DNA from: the human T2T-CHM13v2.0 reference genome, Homo sapiens
Reading direction: 5' to 3' (one strand)
NCBI RefSeq assembly: GCF_009914755.1
Contig: NC_060926.1
Length of the DNA stretch: 64,000 nt
In this document: one piece after another, positions 59,781 to 64,000 of the stretch
Numbering within the stretch: the stretch's first letter is position 1
How the letters are laid out: each line of letters starts with the position of its first letter
Program-made: the position numbers and the translations under genes
Notes under the pieces: generated by a model
The model's database searches: none
Seen by the model: the letters and a program-made list of their open reading frames with translations, nothing else
What the model was told of the DNA's origin: nothing

Positions 59781-62039
59781 TAAGCTCTTTTCTTTCATTA
59801 TGATTTTAAAATTTCTGTTTTTTGAGTTCTTTAGTTTTGTCTGTTGATTTTGCATCCTGTATTTATATATAATATATATAATATATGTATCACATATATA
59901 TATAATTTTTTGCTTTGAGTTAAACTACATGAGCAACACAAAGGAATTGGTGATGGAAATCATGTCATCCATATAGATAATAACATTTGTTCTTTTACGA
60001 ACATTATGCCTGCATATATTACCCTTTTCCTAACTTCATAGGCTAATATTTCCAATAAGTTGTTAAATAAAAATGAAAACTGTGGGCTTTCTTGACTTAT
60101 TACTAACTTTGGTGAAGATGACTCTAGTGTTTTCCCATTAAATAAGAAGCTAACTTTAGGACATATATGTATTTAAAGTTATTATGACATAGAACTCACT
60201 TTTTATACATTTTAATACCTGACATCTTTCAGCAGAAAATCTTTTTCTCTTAATAATCATCTTTATTTTGTCTATCCATTTATATTTTTAACTCCTGGTC
60301 ATAAAAAATTAATTATTTTTGCAGTTTCTGTCTACCACATGGACCATATTTTCATGTTACAAGCTCTTTAAATGATTTAGATTTATTACTCACAAATTGT
60401 ATGATTCAAAACAAAGAAAAACAGGTGAAATAATACATAAAAAGTATAAAGTTTACTATAGGAATTAAAATGAAATCCTTCCTCATTAGTGAAAGAAAAT
60501 GTAATCATTTAAAAATATTTTTTATGGATTATGAATTCACAAGTGTAACTTCTCCCTCCTATTAATTCTTCCATCTACCTCTGGGAAAGAAAATGCATAC
60601 ATAGAGAGAAGCACAACAAATAATACATGGAGAGCAATTTTAAAAAATAGGAAAGAAAATTGTTTATGTGTTTAGAGGTTAGACAGTTGAAAGGTCAGTT
60701 GTGTATTAGAAAATTCATTTCAACACTAGAAAGGTTAGTAACCTGGAAAAATTCCCTGTTGAAATAAATAGCCACATTCCTCGGAACAGCAGCCTGTCAA
60801 AAGTGAATGGCAATTTACATTCGCACATCACAGAAGCCTTGGGAGGAGGGGATGCTCCTTGACACTTGCAACTAGGAAATGAACCAAAGGAATCCCAGCT
60901 GGTTTTAAGCCTCCTTTCTTTTAAAGACACATGAAGGATTTATATATCTATTTATTACTCTGAAACAAATTTTTAGCATCCTGGGAAGACAAATATCCAA
61001 TTAATAAATTGGCCAGCAATTTAATGGCAGTGAAAATCTATAGACATACCACCTATAGAATTATTATTCAGTTTATATTTAAAACTGCTAGTAAAGCCAA
61101 ATGGTCTTTCTGTTTTCCTCTATATTAATTTGAATGAATATTAAAAGAATACACATTTTTTGTATAATTATAATCATAAAACCACTTATTGAGTTCATCA
61201 AATCACTTTGTATAAATACATATCACAATCCAAATATATCTTTAAACTTAAACTTGTTTACATTGTACATTAGATAACTATTTCTTTTTTAATATTCAAA
61301 ATTATTAATAATACAATTACATTTAAACTCACTATTCTTAATATACTTATTAATATACTTAATAAACTCACTATTATTTTTCTGCTGTGATTAATAAAAC
61401 TGAAATAAATAGGAAAACAAATCCAACTTTTACATTACTGAATATGTTGACATTAGAAGAATTCCTAAATATAATGAAAAGTATACATTTTAAAATATAA
61501 AATATGTTTGTAGGTAAAAAAAATATAATGTCTCTTTTCCGTAAACAATGTTTTCACTTGAAGATATTATTTTCTTTACGGAAAATTAAAACAAACATAT
61601 GTCATTTTTATTAAGTAATCTTAAATTTGTTTCTTAATAATGTTACCCATTTTCCCTATGTTTTCTAAATTTGTAAAAAAAATACGTGTTAAATATTGGC
61701 TTTTTATCTTTCTTTTGCAATTCAGAGGCTTTTCTAAATTATTCATAAAAGAGTAGTATATTTTATATACCTCAGTTTAAGTAGTGAAAAAAAAATCTCA
61801 CTAAAACAAATACTCTAGTGGATTTACAGAAATAATGTGAGTGAGGGAAAAGGAAATAATTCATGCTTCAGAATGGTATATTTTATACCAAGGTATACTT
61901 GCTGTTCAGTTTCCTTTTGATTTCATAATCAATATAATATTAAATATAATGCAATTACCTAAAATCACCAGTATTTCTTTTTCCTAACATCTGACACCTA
62001 TCTTGAAACATGTATGCCCATGATTGATGGACTAGACAC

Positions 62040-62100
62040 TTTACTCAGGAGATTGGATGGATGTTTACTCAGGAGATTGGATGGATAGGAGTTTGGATGG
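62040..62100 (+). repeat. 24-bp tandem duplication plus a partial third copy
   Basis: tttactcaggagattggatggat x2, then aggagtttggatgg. Confidence 0.9.
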
Positions 62101-63864
62101 TCATTGTGTCTTAACATCATCAAGAGTAAATACAAGCAGATGGAAGCCATGTGTTCTAGAGCTTTCATGTCATATATCAGTATGAATATATTTTCCCAAA
62201 TAATCCTTTGAGGTCAAGATCATTTTGGTCTGATCATGAATTATTCCTTTTTCTTTCACATGTATTACTTCTATAAATCAACTAGAGTATTTATTTTAGT
62301 GAGGTGTGTTTGTTGTTACTTAAACTGAAAAAGATTGCCTGAAAAATCCTAGCATTACACAAGAGGTATAAATCCTGCTTTTAGTAGTACTACAGAATGT
62401 GTTACTTACCCTTGATAAGTAAATGATACTTAAATAGCACAAAATAAGCAATTATGAAATTGCCAAGTGCTGATTATTGAAAGTGATTGAAATTTAATTA
62501 GATCTCATATATTTTGCATTTCATAGTAAAAACTGATGTCTTTTTTCCAGATGATTTTAAATTGTCCCACTAACTGCATATTTTAAGTTGTATAGAACTT
62601 TATTATAATACTTTTTTTTCATTTCTGATTTAAATTGTAACCTGGGATAATTAACAAACTGCCCATTTTAAGGTATTTTGAAGGAGCTTGTTAAATCATA
62701 CTATACATTGATCATTTAAATTGCTAAAGAAAGTAAAACTAAGAGTGTGCATTTTTAATTGTATTGTGAATAATTCATCTACCATCTGTGAATATAAAGG
62801 ATAATGTCACAAATAACACAACTTGAGTTATGCTAAAACTTACCTGAGGGTTGCTGTTCTTGTTCTTGTTACTTGGATTAATGGCTGTTGTCAGCTCTAA
62901 TATCATAAACACTCTCTATTCTCCACAATTATGCATATGAACCAAGGGTCAACACTCATACTCCTTTGGACACACTTTTCGACAGGCAGAAGAGGGATAA
63001 CTGGCCTGACAGAATCTAGTAAATAATAATAGACGTAAAACAGAAAGAACCTTTTCTGCATTTGCAGAGTGGGGTTAAGGATCACTACAAGCACTAGATT
63101 TATGTTCAAAATCACAACTTTAAGTAAAAGCTCAGAGAATGAGTAATGGCAAATGCAAGTGAAAAATATCCAATAGGTACAATCATGCAAAGATACCCTT
63201 AATTAACAAGATGGTAGCATCAAAATTTATATTCCTTTTTCTTAAATAATTCAAACATGATGACAAAAATATGATGAAACTTTTCTAAAAAGGCAAAGAA
63301 AATTACCCATAAATCTACCCTCCAAACAACTGTTATTTCATATTTTCCTATTATATATTTCCTTTTCAATTTTTCACACCAATCATAAACAATATTTTGC
63401 TATATATTCTAAGCTTTTATTAAACAAGACTTAAATATAAAGACTGTGATCTTCATCATAACCACTTGTATGCTTTTACAGTCTTTATATTTAATTTTCA
63501 AGGCCAGAAGATGTTTTTAATCAGGATGTCTCTGTACTTATTTAGACAGCACATAATTGTTATTTTTATTGATATAGATTTAGTTCTATACATTTGATAA
63601 TTTTTAAATAATATCTGCGTGTCCTGATTTTAATATATAATAAATGCACATATCATTAGCAAAGCATATCCAAATATCATATGATTATTAAATGCTGTTG
63701 CTCATAGTATATGCAATCATGTTAACATTGAGGTTGTATTAGATTTTTAAAGTAAGTTAACCTTCTCTGTTTGTAAATTGAGAGGTCTTTTTTAATGAGC
63801 CAGGGATTCTTGGCTTATTATACACAAAGGTGATGCTTAAAAAAAAGAAAATAAAGTTTTATTA

Positions 63865-63980
63865 CAGAAGAAAGCCCAGATTCAAATATTTAGCTGTCTA
63901 CTCACTAACTTGGTGACCTTAGAAAATAGTGTAGGTTGTTACCTTATTTCTACCTCTGAGTTATGGGGATCAAGTAGAAA
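63865..63980 (+). mobile_element. MIR fragment
   Basis: cccagattcaaat...agctgtctactcactaacttggtgaccttag...atggggat. Confidence 0.55.
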
Positions 63981-64000
63981 GGACTATGTGAAAGGCTTTG

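Overview
AT-rich primate genomic DNA (hominoid-like, probably human; it carries AluY and L1PA2/3-type elements). It looks like a gene desert or deep intron. I see no host protein-coding gene, tRNA/rRNA/snRNA, CRISPR array or CpG island. Most of the window is transposon-derived: three primate L1PA copies (two with twin-priming 5' inversions, one inserted inside an AluY), seven Alus, a complete THE1D MaLR with TSD, solo LTRs (MER52D, LTR9-family, LTR16, LTR33, MSTA, MLT1/2), DNA transposons (MER53, MER82, Tigger2-type, MER44A, MER58, MER20, MER5A) and old L1M/L2/MIR. All long ORFs are L1 remnants or chance frames in repeats. I found no evidence of a new biological system. The points worth a second look are mechanistic: well-resolved insertion junctions, a templated hairpin at an L1 5' end, three variants (one nonsense) shared by two L1s of different subfamily, and recurrent 'hairpin plus tandem copy' micro-architectures. 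Family names come from my recall of consensus sequences, not a RepeatMasker run. Boundaries of old elements are approximate.
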